DNA of 59,745 nucleotides, the filler included. It is 5 parts of 5 records of this genome, joined end to end, with 100 filler letters (N's around TTAATTAATTAA, not from the genome) between each part and the next. Parts side by side here need not be neighbours in the genome. Positions count along the whole stretch, not along the records: positions 1 to 15,905 come from SRR31156797_3608; 4 more parts are not named here. One strand, 5' to 3'. Position 1 is the first letter of the stretch. Each line of letters starts with the position of its first letter. Shown piece after piece: positions 1-10,509 of this stretch. The position numbers and the translations under genes are program-made. The notes beneath the pieces were generated by a model, which worked only from the letters and a program-made list of their open reading frames with translations, had not been told where the DNA came from and searched no databases.

Positions 1-10
1 TCCATAATCC

Positions 11-334
11 CTACTCCTTGATAAATTGATTGATTACGTCCTTGGTCAGTTCCCATTCCTCGCACTTTTCATGATAATAGTACTTCCCCGCCGAAGTAAT
101 ACGGTAGTAAGTGCGCTGTCTGCCATGAGGACTGAGATCCGTATAAGATTCGATGAATTTCTGTTTCATCAAACGGTTGAAAGCCGAATACAGGGTGGTT
201 TCCTTGATCACATACTTGCTGTCTGACAATTCGCTGATGCGTTTTGAGATCTCATAACCATAGGAGGGCGCCTCCAGCAGAAGGCTGAGAATGATAAGAT
301 CGTTATACCCGCGAATTACATCAGAAGAGATCAT
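11..334 (-). CDS. PadR-family transcriptional regulator
   Basis: 107 aa with PadR motifs 'IILSLL..PSYGYEISK.I', 'TLYSAFNRL', 'RQRTYYRITSAG'. Confidence 0.9.
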   Translation of the reverse strand: MISSDVIRGYNDLIILSLLLEAPSYGYEISKRISELSDSKYVIKETTLYSAFNRLMKQKFIESYTDLSPHGRQRTYYRITSAGKYYYHEKCEEWELTKDVINQFIKE

Positions 335-348
335 GAATTTTCTTTCCT

Positions 349-383
349 ATACTACGACTGTCATACTACGACTATCGTAGTAT
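349..383. promoter_or_regulatory. Putative PadR operator (direct plus inverted repeat)
   Basis: ATACTACGACT at 349-359 and 363-373; palindrome ATACTACGA-cta-TCGTAGTAT at 363-383, just upstream of padR. Confidence 0.6.
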
Positions 384-430
384 AGAAATAATTTATAGAA
401 ATCCAAAGTATTTTTACGAAAAATAATGTG

Positions 431-1843
431 TCAGGAATTGAATGTTATCGTAAATGCCGACCCTTTGTCCAAATCGCTTTCAAGACTGATATCAGCCCGG
501 TGCAAATCAGCGATCCATTTACAAATGGCCAGACCAAGACCACTGCCCCGCTGTTCTCGTGAACGTGATTTGTCAACGCGATAGAATCGATCGAATATTT
601 TCGTCATTTCCTCCTCAGGGATACCTATACCGGTATCAATGATCTCAATAATAATTTTATTCTCGCCTTTGCTTAATTTAAGTCCGATCGATCCATTAAC
701 TTTATTATACTTAATGGCATTATCTGTAATATTCCACAGCAGGCGGGTAATCAATTCCTTATTACAATTCAATTCAATGTTGTCTTGCACTTCAAGGCTG
801 ATCTTCAATTTCCTATCGTTTGAAATGACTAATGCATCCTGATAAATGCTTTTCATTAACTCCGATAAATCAATCTTTTCAAAATGGTATTTGATCTCAT
901 CGGTATCCTTGATATGCATCAGAAGCAAACGGTTTGAAATTGATGATAAGTATTGGACTTCTTCCAGGATCTCTTTCAGTTTCTGTGAAGTATTTTCATT
1001 GATATCACTGCCTTCTATCAGGGTTTCGATCTCTCCACGAATGATCGTCAGCGGCGTTCTGATCTCATGGGCCGTATCCTGGGACAATTGCTTTGCCTGA
1101 TTAAATGATTTCTCTAAGCGATCTATCATTGAATTCAAGGTGTTTATCAACTCGGTTATTTCGTCTTTGCCTTTTGGCGTTTCTATACGCTCGCTTAGAT
1201 TGTGGGTCGTGATCTTATCTGTGGTTTCACTGATCTTGTTGATAACATTCATGGATCTCTGCGTAACAAAAATACCGCAGATAATTGACAGAAATACACC
1301 AATGGGAAAAACGATCAGAAATATATTCAAGAGCCTGTCTTGCAGTTTAGATAAAGTAGAAAGCTCGTAACCAACATAAATAGTATTATCTTTTTCCTTA
1401 ATGGAGCTCATGCTGAATTTCAAATCATCCAATGTAATATTCTTGATCTCTTTATTATCAAAATCCAGCTGTGAAACATGTAAATGTTCATATTTCCCGG
1501 TTAAATAGTCCAGTTTATTATTCTTGTAGACGAACAGTATGTAATTGTCATCAGCAATTTCCGTATACAATTGGAGATCACTGTAATTATACCCTCGTTT
1601 TGAATGTTCTCCCCCTTCTTCGCGTCGGCCTTCCCAATGCTCACCGCTTAATTCACGCTCAGTTTCTACTCCCTCGGTGATAAGGCTTTCAATGGCATTG
1701 ATCTTGCTTTTAATATCCTGCGTGATCTCTTTATTGAATTGATAACCTATGAATTTATATGATCCAAACAGGACAGCAGCAAGAATTACAGTAAGTAACA
1801 GTGTGTACCATGTAATGATCTTTAATTTAAAATTACTTAACAT
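431..1843 (-). CDS. Sensor histidine kinase (2 TM, HAMP, HisKA, HATPase_c), CusS/ArlS-like
   Basis: H-box 'AHEIRTPL', N-box 'NITDNAIKY', 'DTGIGI', 'GSGLGL'. Confidence 0.93.
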   Translation of the reverse strand: MLSNFKLKIITWYTLLLTVILAAVLFGSYKFIGYQFNKEITQDIKSKINAIESLITEGVETERELSGEHWEGRREEGGEHSKRGYNYSDLQLYTEIADDNYILFVYKNNKLDYLTGKYEHLHVSQLDFDNKEIKNITLDDLKFSMSSIKEKDNTIYVGYELSTLSKLQDRLLNIFLIVFPIGVFLSIICGIFVTQRSMNVINKISETTDKITTHNLSERIETPKGKDEITELINTLNSMIDRLEKSFNQAKQLSQDTAHEIRTPLTIIRGEIETLIEGSDINENTSQKLKEILEEVQYLSSISNRLLLMHIKDTDEIKYHFEKIDLSELMKSIYQDALVISNDRKLKISLEVQDNIELNCNKELITRLLWNITDNAIKYNKVNGSIGLKLSKGENKIIIEIIDTGIGIPEEEMTKIFDRFYRVDKSRSREQRGSGLGLAICKWIADLHRADISLESDLDKGSAFTITFNS

Positions 1844-1846
1844 CTT

Positions 1847-2536
1847 TTAATCTTCTTTCATGATATAACCATAGCCCCGGATCGTATGGATCAATCGTTT
1901 ATTACCGTAGTCATTGATCTTTTTCCTCAATCTGTTCACATAGACTTCTACATAATTCGTGCCGGTATCAAAATCATAATGCCACACATGTTCAGCGATG
2001 GATGTTTTGTTCACAGCTTTATTAAGGTTTTGAACAAAGTATTCCAGCAACTCGAATTCTTTAGCTGTCAGATCGAGAATTTTTCCATTTCTAAGTACTT
2101 CATGTGCATCAAAATCAACTTCAAGATCGTCGATCACGACTTTTTTCTGACTTGAGTTCTGGCTTCTTCTGAGCAGAGCTCTTGTTCTTGCCAATAATTC
2201 GATAAAAGAGAAAGGTTTTGCTAAATAATCGTCAGCCCCAAGATTTAAACCATGAATGCGGTCATTAAGCTCTCCTCTTGCAGTCAGGATCAGCACTGGG
2301 GTGTGTATATCCGATTCTCTCAATTCATTTAAGATCTGCAGCCCATTCATTCCGGGTAACATCAAATCCAGAATGATCACATCAACTGAAGGATCAAGAG
2401 CTTTTTCCAATCCGATAATCCCATCAAAAACGGCATCAACAATGAAACGTTCATTTTCAAAGCTTCTTTTAATGAAACTTGATATTTTCTTGTCGTCTTC
2501 TATCAGGAGTATCTTCAAATCGTTTCCTTTCTTCAA
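1847..2536 (-). CDS. OmpR/CusR-family response regulator
   Basis: 'ILLIEDD', 'DLMLPG', 'GADDYLAKPF' and winged-helix 'HTIRGYGY'; directly upstream of the kinase. Confidence 0.93.
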   Translation of the reverse strand: MKKGNDLKILLIEDDKKISSFIKRSFENERFIVDAVFDGIIGLEKALDPSVDVIILDLMLPGMNGLQILNELRESDIHTPVLILTARGELNDRIHGLNLGADDYLAKPFSFIELLARTRALLRRSQNSSQKKVVIDDLEVDFDAHEVLRNGKILDLTAKEFELLEYFVQNLNKAVNKTSIAEHVWHYDFDTGTNYVEVYVNRLRKKINDYGNKRLIHTIRGYGYIMKED

Positions 2537-2580
2537 TTTAAATATAGTTAATCAATATGATTAATAGTAGAAATTACAGC

Positions 2581-2598
2581 ATTGTAACGAAATTGTAA
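2581..2598. promoter_or_regulatory. Putative OmpR-type tandem binding site
   Basis: ATTGTAA twice with 11-bp periodicity (2581, 2592) in the divergent intergenic region. Confidence 0.4.
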
Positions 2599-2707
2599 TC
2601 TTCTGTTTATCTTTCTGTCACCCTGCGTTTATTTTGCTTTTGTATATTTACATCGGGACAAATAAAAAATAATGTAAAATTGAAACAATAAACCCAAAAG
2701 GAAGATC

Positions 2708-3232
2708 ATGAAAAAATTATTGATCACATTACTTGCAGTGTTAGTTCTTGGAAGCCTGTTTACGGCATGTGCGGAGAACAAAGAACACAGTGAAAAATCA
2801 GAAAAAGCCGCTGTAAGCGAGAGTAAAGAATCACACGCTCGCGATTACGAAGGCGGAGAGGGCGAAGAAGATGGTACGGCATTCGCAAAGGCCGATAAAT
2901 TCGTTCAAACTAAAAAAGGCGTAAAACTGAGCCTTGCTTATAACGAGGAAAAAGAAGCATTTATGGGTTCGGTCTTGAACGTAAGTGAAAAGGCCTTATC
3001 AAAAGTTCGTGTTGAGATCCATTTGTCCAACGGCAAGGAACTCGGTCCGACAACTCCCGTCACATTGGCACCGGGGGAAACCCGTAAAGTTATCTTGAAT
3101 GCAGCAGGAGAAAAATTCAAGACATGGAACACCCATGCCGAGGTCGGTTCTTCAGAACACGGTTCATCCGAGCATGGTTCACGTGAAAGCGGTGAACATA
3201 GTGGAGAAAAAGAAAATTCTGAACATCGTTAA
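2708..3232 (+). CDS. His/Glu-rich lipoprotein, possible metal-binding
   Basis: Lipobox-like 'LFTAC'; C-terminal GSSEH/SGEH repeats; central beta-rich domain. Confidence 0.7.
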   Translation: MKKLLITLLAVLVLGSLFTACAENKEHSEKSEKAAVSESKESHARDYEGGEGEEDGTAFAKADKFVQTKKGVKLSLAYNEEKEAFMGSVLNVSEKALSKVRVEIHLSNGKELGPTTPVTLAPGETRKVILNAAGEKFKTWNTHAEVGSSEHGSSEHGSRESGEHSGEKENSEHR

Positions 3233-3254
3233 ATAAGATCTTACAGATAATATA

Positions 3255-3280
3255 AAAAGCCACTCTCAAGAGTGGCTTTT
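3255..3280. terminator. Bidirectional intrinsic terminator
   Basis: AAAAGCCACTC-tcaa-GAGTGGCTTTT between convergent genes. Confidence 0.85.
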
Positions 3281-3301
3281 CTATTCATATCATAATAATT
3301 T

Positions 3302-5743
3302 TTATAATTCCATCTGAGATGGAAACCCCTCATCAAACAAGGGCATGGATATTTGTCTGTAATATTCTGAATAGATCAAAGCCTTGCGCCAGGGTCCAAA
3401 TTTATCTTTGCCGGATTTCCAGTCTTTCGTAACTCGCGTAGCCGCCTGCCAGCTTTCATCACTGCTTATGACGGTTTTACCTTTATCATCGCTATACTCA
3501 AAATATATATTTGCAGCGCTTGGGCGATTCGGTTTATATGCCTGAACTTTAACGGCAACGGTGTTTACGCCTTCTTGTAAAAGCTCAGAAACATCCCAAT
3601 ATTGCACCTGTCGCTTTACAGCCAGCAGCGAGCCTGATTTTGCTGAAGCGACCATGCCCAGATTTTGACCGTTGATATAGACCTCTGCAGCTTCCTGGGC
3701 GACAACCTGTAGCCATGCAGATTTAACTTTTCCCGGATCTTCGATATTGAACTGTTTGCGCAAATAAGCAGGTGGCGCATCTTTTCCTTCTTTGAAAGCT
3801 TTTACAGTGATCCATTTGGAAGGTATTTCCTGATCAATATGGTAATGGTCCATTTCTATAGATTTTTTTGCTTCATTGATATAGGCCGACTGCTGTTGAA
3901 ACACGCTCATTAAACGATCAAGATTATCTGGACGATTACTTCGTAGCCAAAGCTCACGATAGGTCGTTTCGATATCCGATATCTCATTGATCAACCATTC
4001 ACATTCGTTAATAAACTCCTGTTGCATCTCTTTTGTGATCTTATCCTCATAGCCATTTCCCACATAAAAGTCTAATTTCTGTTTCAATTCGGCCTTTCTT
4101 CCGGTCACAATTCCAATTCGTGCACCTATGTCGAAATGATCCAACTTGTCCGCATTGTGGATATCTTTTTTGCGCAACTGATCGATCAATTTGAGGGCAA
4201 GCTCCCCATTTTGTATCAGTTGCACAGATGAGTAAAGTCGAGTTCTTCCATTCTTAATAGGCAAAAAGGGATTCCCGAAGATGTATCTCAGATCTGTATT
4301 GTTGGAGATCTCATTGGAAACAAGGAACAATGCTTCCATACCGTTACAGTCGTTACCGAAATATTGTTTCATAAAGCGCTTCTTAATGCTTTCACCATCC
4401 ATTCCTGACGGATTCCAGGAGGATTCCGCACCAAAAGCATAACCCATATAGTTCATCTCACGGAAATTCAGTCCACCATAATCACCCCAACTTGAATTAA
4501 TGGAACCCAAAGCACCATTTAAATATCCTTCATAATTGATGTTTGAAATATTGATCCAGGAACTTGTGAATTTCGGAATTGATTGACGCCAGTTGTGGAG
4601 GCCAGGAGAGACCAGAAATGGAAATCCTGCTTCTTTGAATTGCTTGATCGACGGATAATGATCACTGAGCCTGTAATGCCAGTCGACGATGATAATATCA
4701 TTGGGGATCATCTCCAGGATCTCGGGATGACGAAGAATGATATCGCCATACATCATGACCTTTTTACTGTGTAAGGTTAATTTATTGTAAACTTTATTGT
4801 AATGGTCCGCATGAACCCTTGCCGTACCGACTTTTTTGACCAATTCTTTTGTTGCACCGTATCCCACATCCCGCGATTCATCGCAACCCATATGAAAATA
4901 ATCACTATGAAACTGTGGGATAACCTCATCCAGCATATTGAAAAGGAAGGTATCGGTCTTTTCATCGATCGTATTCAAGGAAGCGGCTCCGGGAAACTCG
5001 GCAAATTGTCTGAAATCCGGATCGGACAAGATATTTTCATAGTGTCCCAAGGTCTGAAAGATCGGGATAACGTCCACAAAATACTGTTCGGCAATTTCCT
5101 GTAATTCAGCAATATCTTGTTTTGAAAGCGCTCCACGACCCTTGCCGATCTCCGGGTATCGATCAAGTTGAACAAGATCTTCCATATAGGGCATGTAAAC
5201 ATTTTGCTTGTACTCCCCCAGAAAACGCAAAATAGTCTCGAAATTCTCCATCGTAGATACCTGTCCACGACTGAAATCATCAGAGATCCCGCGCCAACTC
5301 ATATCGGGATAATCCAGGATACTAAGTGTTGGTATTGAACCATTATCAGATACCTTAACCAACTGAGATAAAGACATCAAACCATAAAATAATCCCTTAT
5401 CTGTCCCTGAGCGGATCAGTATCTTTTCAGATGTGATCTCCAATAAATAGGCTTCAGACAATTGTTCGGGACTTATATTATCGATCGTAAATCCATTCTT
5501 CTTTTCCAGAATAACAGATATCGGATCGTTTGTTTTATCGGATATTATAACTAATGCTTCGGACAGAATATCTTGTCCATATATCAGATTTTGAGGATCG
5601 CCCACCAGTTGATAATCGACCCTTGTGCTGAGCTTAAATTGTCCATTGGAAAGTTTTACCTCCTGAGGTGTAGGAATAATTCCCACATTGGTGGCAAAAG
5701 CAAACTGACTGATCAGGGAAATGACCCATAATATTCTTTTCAT
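3302..5743 (-). CDS. GH20 beta-N-acetylhexosaminidase with C-terminal beta-sandwich
   Basis: Signal peptide, 'IIPTPQ' GH20 domain 2, 'DYPDMSWRG..DDFSRG', catalytic 'HMGCDE'. Confidence 0.88.
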   Translation of the reverse strand: MKRILWVISLISQFAFATNVGIIPTPQEVKLSNGQFKLSTRVDYQLVGDPQNLIYGQDILSEALVIISDKTNDPISVILEKKNGFTIDNISPEQLSEAYLLEITSEKILIRSGTDKGLFYGLMSLSQLVKVSDNGSIPTLSILDYPDMSWRGISDDFSRGQVSTMENFETILRFLGEYKQNVYMPYMEDLVQLDRYPEIGKGRGALSKQDIAELQEIAEQYFVDVIPIFQTLGHYENILSDPDFRQFAEFPGAASLNTIDEKTDTFLFNMLDEVIPQFHSDYFHMGCDESRDVGYGATKELVKKVGTARVHADHYNKVYNKLTLHSKKVMMYGDIILRHPEILEMIPNDIIIVDWHYRLSDHYPSIKQFKEAGFPFLVSPGLHNWRQSIPKFTSSWINISNINYEGYLNGALGSINSSWGDYGGLNFREMNYMGYAFGAESSWNPSGMDGESIKKRFMKQYFGNDCNGMEALFLVSNEISNNTDLRYIFGNPFLPIKNGRTRLYSSVQLIQNGELALKLIDQLRKKDIHNADKLDHFDIGARIGIVTGRKAELKQKLDFYVGNGYEDKITKEMQQEFINECEWLINEISDIETTYRELWLRSNRPDNLDRLMSVFQQQSAYINEAKKSIEMDHYHIDQEIPSKWITVKAFKEGKDAPPAYLRKQFNIEDPGKVKSAWLQVVAQEAAEVYINGQNLGMVASAKSGSLLAVKRQVQYWDVSELLQEGVNTVAVKVQAYKPNRPSAANIYFEYSDDKGKTVISSDESWQAATRVTKDWKSGKDKFGPWRKALIYSEYYRQISMPLFDEGFPSQMEL

Positions 5744-5953
5744 GCGCTTTCTCTCTCTTCCCGGTGCTTAGTGTTATTTTTATATACCAATATTATAGAA
5801 TATTTTACAAGAATCTCCAAATGATAGTCTAAATAGTAACCAGAATATTTTATATTTATGAATAATGAACAAAGACTTTTGATCTCTGAAATACTTCGAA
5901 CATCAAATATCTATGTTCGACATTCTGAGTTTCTCTACCTACTAATTACTGAT

Positions 5954-5983
5954 AAAAAAAAAGCTCCCGTAAACGAGAGCTTT
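5954..5983 (-). terminator. Intrinsic terminator of the RRM gene
   Basis: AAAGCTC...GAGCTTT hairpin with a + strand A-run, giving a U-tract on the - strand. Confidence 0.65.
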
Positions 5984-6001
5984 AAAGCATGTGATCTTTG
6001 C

Positions 6002-6271
6002 TTACCAGCTTTTGCGAGCGGGACGTTCTTCACGAGGACGTGCAAGATTTACTTTAAGGTTACGACCCTGAAGATCAGCACCATTCAATTCATCAATTGC
6101 TTTTTGACCGTCTGCATCATTTTCCATTTCGACAAAAGCGAAACCTTTTGATTTTCCGGTCATTCTGTCCATAATAACGTTAACTTTGCTAACGGTACCA
6201 TGTTCGCCAAAACAATCGCGCAGATCATTTTCAGTGACGTCGTAGCTTAAATTTCCAACATAGATGTTCAT
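6002..6271 (-). CDS. RRM-domain RNA-binding protein
   Basis: RNP2 'IYVGNL' and RNP1 'KGFAFVEM'. Confidence 0.95.
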   Translation of the reverse strand: MNIYVGNLSYDVTENDLRDCFGEHGTVSKVNVIMDRMTGKSKGFAFVEMENDADGQKAIDELNGADLQGRNLKVNLARPREERPARKSW

Positions 6272-6496
6272 ATCTATTCCTTATTCAGTGCGTAAAGTTC
6301 ATATTCGCTATCATATAATTTACGCACGTAATCAGACAACAGCAGGATGACATTCATTGTCAATTTATATAGAAAGTAAAGTGATCTTATCTATACAACG
6401 AATCCTTAGGTTGAACTATACAGGTATAAATATCTAATTCCAAGATAATTATACAGAAATTTGCAAATATTTTTATGGGCATATTTCCGTGATCGA

Positions 6497-6538
6497 GGGT
6501 CTGGGGTCTGGAGTCTGGGGTCTTGGATCTTGGTTATT
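6497..6538 (+). repeat. Heptamer tandem repeat (GGGTCTG-like x6)
   Basis: gggtctg gggtctg gagtctg gggtctt ggatctt ggttatt. Confidence 0.75.
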
Positions 6539-6795
6539 GAAGTTTTCTCCCTCTCTCTCCTCCTCCCCACTTCTCCACCCTTCCCATACTTTACTCTATT
6601 ACCTTTAAATAGCAGAAAATCATACGTGGGAACTTAATTTACTTACATACATAAAGTGTTTTGTTGATAATAACATATTAAGTATTATTGTATGCTCGCT
6701 GTAAATATTCACTATCTGTTTATAGTTAAGAGGATACGACCGGGAAAAATGTATTCTATTATATTTGCATATCGAACAAAGATTAGGTGGAATAA

Positions 6796-9270
6796 ATGAA
6801 GACTAAACTGATACTCTTACTGGCCTTAATAACAGTAACTATACTGCCTGCAGCTACACTCTCCGGACGGATCAAAGATATAAAAACAAAAAAACCTTTA
6901 CAGTTTGCCAATATAGCAGTTTATGAAAAAGAGACCGAAACGATCAAAACCGGCACCATGTCCGGTGTTGATGGTACTTTTCGGATTTTTAATGTACCTG
7001 ATGGGAATTATTATCTTATTGTCACTTACATTGGCTACAAGCAACAACAATTTGATGGTGTAAGCCTTAAGGGCAAGAAAGCAGATATTGGAACCATTCT
7101 TTTAACACCCACCACTTTAAAAATGGATAATGTGGTAGTAGAGGCAGAAAAGCCGGCGATCACGTATAAGATCGATAAACAGGTGATCGATGCCAGACAA
7201 TTTCCTTCGGCCCGTGGCGGTACAGCGGTTGATATACTCGAAAATGTCCCCTCCGTTACTGTGGATATTGAGAGAAAAGTAAAACTACGCAACAGCACGA
7301 ATTTTACAGTTATGATAGACGGACGCCCTACAATATTAGAACCACAGGATGCTCTTGAAACCATTCCTGCCGAAACCATAGAAAATATCGAGATCATGAC
7401 CAATGCTTCGGCCAAGTTTGCAGCGGAAGGCGGGGCCGGGATAATTAACATTGTAACTCAAAAGAATAAGAACATTGGTCTGAGCGGTTTAAGCTCTTTA
7501 AGAGTCGGAACCAATAATTTGAGCGGTTCTGCTTTGGTGAGCTATAGAAATAAAAAGATCTCTACTTATCTATCCTTGGATTATCGTTTAAGTAGTTTTA
7601 GCAATGAATCCCTTAAAGATCATTATCTGTACCTTGCCGATACAACTGTTAACACAATGTCTCTGGGGAATAGAGAGAACAAGAGTAATGGCGGGGGTAT
7701 TAAAGGTGGTTTGGATTGGTATATTACCAAAAATGATGTGATCGGATTTTCGGTAAACTACAGCCCCAGGAACTCAACGATCAATTATATAAAAGATCAT
7801 TCCGTGATCTATTCCGATCCAGATATCGTAACAGTCTTTAATTCTCAAGAATATACAAACTATGATAATTCCAATCACGGCAGAACGCGATTCAATGTTG
7901 TGGCGGATTACACGCATACTTTTCCTGATAAAAAGAAAGAAAGTGACAGTAATTCTACAGACCAAGCCTCTAAAAGTCATTCATCAGCAAAGCATCAGAT
8001 GAAATTTGCAGCATCATATTCCGAACGGAACACAGATAATGAATCATTCACTTTTCTGGTTGATGAATTCGGTGACTCTACTGAAGGGAAATGGACTACC
8101 GAGATTGGTCCCACAAGCAGTATATATGGAAAATTTGAATATAAACGCCCCATAAACAAAACCTCTCATTTTGAAGCAGGTGCAAATGCAAATTTCAATT
8201 GGAAGAGCGATGGAAATAATATTTATGAATATGAGCCTATAACGGGTGATTATACTTTGCAAGATCAATTTTCCAATCTTTCAACTTACAAACAAAATAC
8301 CCTCTCTGCTTTTGCTCTATACAATGCTGAATTCGGAAAATTGGGGATCCAACCGGGCATTCGCGCAGAGTATACTTACCGCGAGATTAACAGCAATGCG
8401 GTCGATTCTGTTTATATTATTGACAGCCTGCATATTTTTCCAACCTTGCACTTATCCTATCAGTTACCAGCAAATATCCAGGTTATGGCATCATATTCCC
8501 GACGTATTACCCGACCGGCCGGTTATCAACTTCAACCTTTTTATACATGGAAAGATGCTTACAATATTAGCATCGGTAATCCTGCTTTAAGGCCGGGGAT
8601 CTCTGATTCATATTCGTTAAATATTCAGAAGAGTTTCGGAAAAAACTACTTGTCCTTGAATGGCTATTATAGCCGTAACAACGATAAGATCGAAGGGATC
8701 CAAACGGTTTATCAAGAGGATGACAATGTGATCCTGAGCACATATAAAAATATCGGTAAAGATCGATCCTTGGGCCTTTCTGTATCGGCAAATTTAAATC
8801 TTTTCTCCTGGTGGAGAATGTATGTATCGGGAAGTCTATATCATTATCAAATTGAAGGCGAATTATTTGGAGAAGATGTTTTAAAGGAAAGCATAGGCTA
8901 TATCACCAGCATGCGGAGCACTTTTATATTACCCTCCAAAACTCGCATCCAGTTTAGTATAAGATATTTGCCGAAACATACAACAATTCAAGGATCATTT
9001 AAATTCGGCCTTATGCCTAGTCTAAGTATTAGTCAAAATTTCTTCAAAGGTAAGTTATCTGCGATCCTGCTTGCCAGTAATATCTTTGGCTCAAATTCTT
9101 CTCAAATTGAATCTTACACACCAACGACATACAGCTATTTTGAACATTACCGTGATCCATATAGGATATCATTGAATCTTTCATTGAAGATCAACAACTA
9201 CAAAAGACAACGCAGTATAGATGGCCTGGGAAGCGATGGTTTTAATTCAGAGGACAATAGGCAGTATTAA
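6796..9270 (+). CDS. TonB-dependent receptor / outer-membrane beta-barrel with N-terminal carboxypeptidase-regulatory-like domain
   Basis: Signal peptide; plug motifs 'DILENVPSVTVD' and 'IENIEIMTNASAKF.AEG.AGIINI'; 'GNPALRP'. Confidence 0.88.
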   Translation: MKTKLILLLALITVTILPAATLSGRIKDIKTKKPLQFANIAVYEKETETIKTGTMSGVDGTFRIFNVPDGNYYLIVTYIGYKQQQFDGVSLKGKKADIGTILLTPTTLKMDNVVVEAEKPAITYKIDKQVIDARQFPSARGGTAVDILENVPSVTVDIERKVKLRNSTNFTVMIDGRPTILEPQDALETIPAETIENIEIMTNASAKFAAEGGAGIINIVTQKNKNIGLSGLSSLRVGTNNLSGSALVSYRNKKISTYLSLDYRLSSFSNESLKDHYLYLADTTVNTMSLGNRENKSNGGGIKGGLDWYITKNDVIGFSVNYSPRNSTINYIKDHSVIYSDPDIVTVFNSQEYTNYDNSNHGRTRFNVVADYTHTFPDKKKESDSNSTDQASKSHSSAKHQMKFAASYSERNTDNESFTFLVDEFGDSTEGKWTTEIGPTSSIYGKFEYKRPINKTSHFEAGANANFNWKSDGNNIYEYEPITGDYTLQDQFSNLSTYKQNTLSAFALYNAEFGKLGIQPGIRAEYTYREINSNAVDSVYIIDSLHIFPTLHLSYQLPANIQVMASYSRRITRPAGYQLQPFYTWKDAYNISIGNPALRPGISDSYSLNIQKSFGKNYLSLNGYYSRNNDKIEGIQTVYQEDDNVILSTYKNIGKDRSLGLSVSANLNLFSWWRMYVSGSLYHYQIEGELFGEDVLKESIGYITSMRSTFILPSKTRIQFSIRYLPKHTTIQGSFKFGLMPSLSISQNFFKGKLSAILLASNIFGSNSSQIESYTPTTYSYFEHYRDPYRISLNLSLKINNYKRQRSIDGLGSDGFNSEDNRQY

Positions 9271-9329
9271 AAAATAAGTAAAAGCTTTTCTACACCGAGG
9301 AAATTAATCGTGGTTTATAAGGATATAAC

Positions 9330-9986
9330 ATGAAAAGAACTCTGCTATTATTATTGCTTTCACTTAACCTTTTATCTGCCATGACTATACTGGCCGAAAA
9401 AGGAAATGATGTTTTAAATTTTCAAGCAGGCAGGGCTCAATCATATTTTAGCGTTAGATCTTTTGAGTTTGAGGGTTCTTATGCTTCAGATATCGGCTTG
9501 CAAATCGGTTTGGGATATCAATATTCTCATGAAGAGATGTGGACAAGTGAATATGTAGAAGAATCATGGTATTCTCGTTATTTTGGAAACATAGCATTTG
9601 TCCTTTTGGATCATAATAAAAGGAAATTTCCCCTGGATATTTGGATCACCACACAATTCTACTATGATAATCATCATACTGATTCATTTTCTAATAAAGA
9701 AAATGGATTGATCTATGGCTTAGCTTTAAAAAGGAATTTCCGGATATTTGATCATGTTGAAATAATACCGCAATTTTCTGCAGAGCACTTAATATTCAAA
9801 AGAATTGGTATTGGAGTTGAAGATGGATTTGGAAAGGCGTTTATGCTGATCTCTGAAATAAGTATCAGATACAGATTCCTATATGCCTATGCAAATTATG
9901 TGCACTCCATACAAATCGCAGGAATATCAAACTATTATTTCAATAACTCTCAATTGCATTGGGGGGTAGGATTTGTAATAAATTGA
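9330..9986 (+). CDS. Hypothetical exported protein, probable small beta-barrel
   Basis: Signal peptide; aromatic alternating strands; C-terminal 'WGVGFVIN'. Confidence 0.6.
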   Translation: MKRTLLLLLLSLNLLSAMTILAEKGNDVLNFQAGRAQSYFSVRSFEFEGSYASDIGLQIGLGYQYSHEEMWTSEYVEESWYSRYFGNIAFVLLDHNKRKFPLDIWITTQFYYDNHHTDSFSNKENGLIYGLALKRNFRIFDHVEIIPQFSAEHLIFKRIGIGVEDGFGKAFMLISEISIRYRFLYAYANYVHSIQIAGISNYYFNNSQLHWGVGFVIN

Positions 9987-10071
9987 TAGTGAAATTTACA
10001 CCTTCCCTATCCTTTTTTTTAAGAGTTGATGGGATGTTGTATCTTTGGGTAGCATCATAATGAGGTAGAAA

Positions 10072-10509
10072 ATGAAATTTAAGTTAATGATTGTTTTCGG
10101 GTTTTTAATGATCGGACTTTATTCTTGTTTTTCCCCTGAATCCGGAGATGTTCCATTTACAAACTTAGTAAATTTCAGATTCCAAAATATTGATTATACT
10201 GCAAATGTTGATAGTTTGAGTGGTGTTGAATTAATTATAAAAAACCAAAATGACTACGAAGAATATATTGTATCCAATGAACAAACAATCGTGAACTTTA
10301 ATAGATATTTTGTGCTTGCCGGTTTAAGTACAATACACCCACATTGTGTGTATGTAAAAGAACAAAGTCTCCAATTATTATCTGATACTTTGAGATATAC
10401 TGTTACAATAGGTGATATGGTTTGCACAATGCCTGACAGAGCAAAATATGGTATAGTAATCTCTAAGAATTATGTTGATTATCCGGTTGAATTTATTGTC
10501 GAAAAATAA
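10072..10509 (+). CDS. Hypothetical lipoprotein
   Basis: Lipobox-like 'LYSC'; SD GAGGT upstream. Confidence 0.65.
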   Translation: MKFKLMIVFGFLMIGLYSCFSPESGDVPFTNLVNFRFQNIDYTANVDSLSGVELIIKNQNDYEEYIVSNEQTIVNFNRYFVLAGLSTIHPHCVYVKEQSLQLLSDTLRYTVTIGDMVCTMPDRAKYGIVISKNYVDYPVEFIVEK

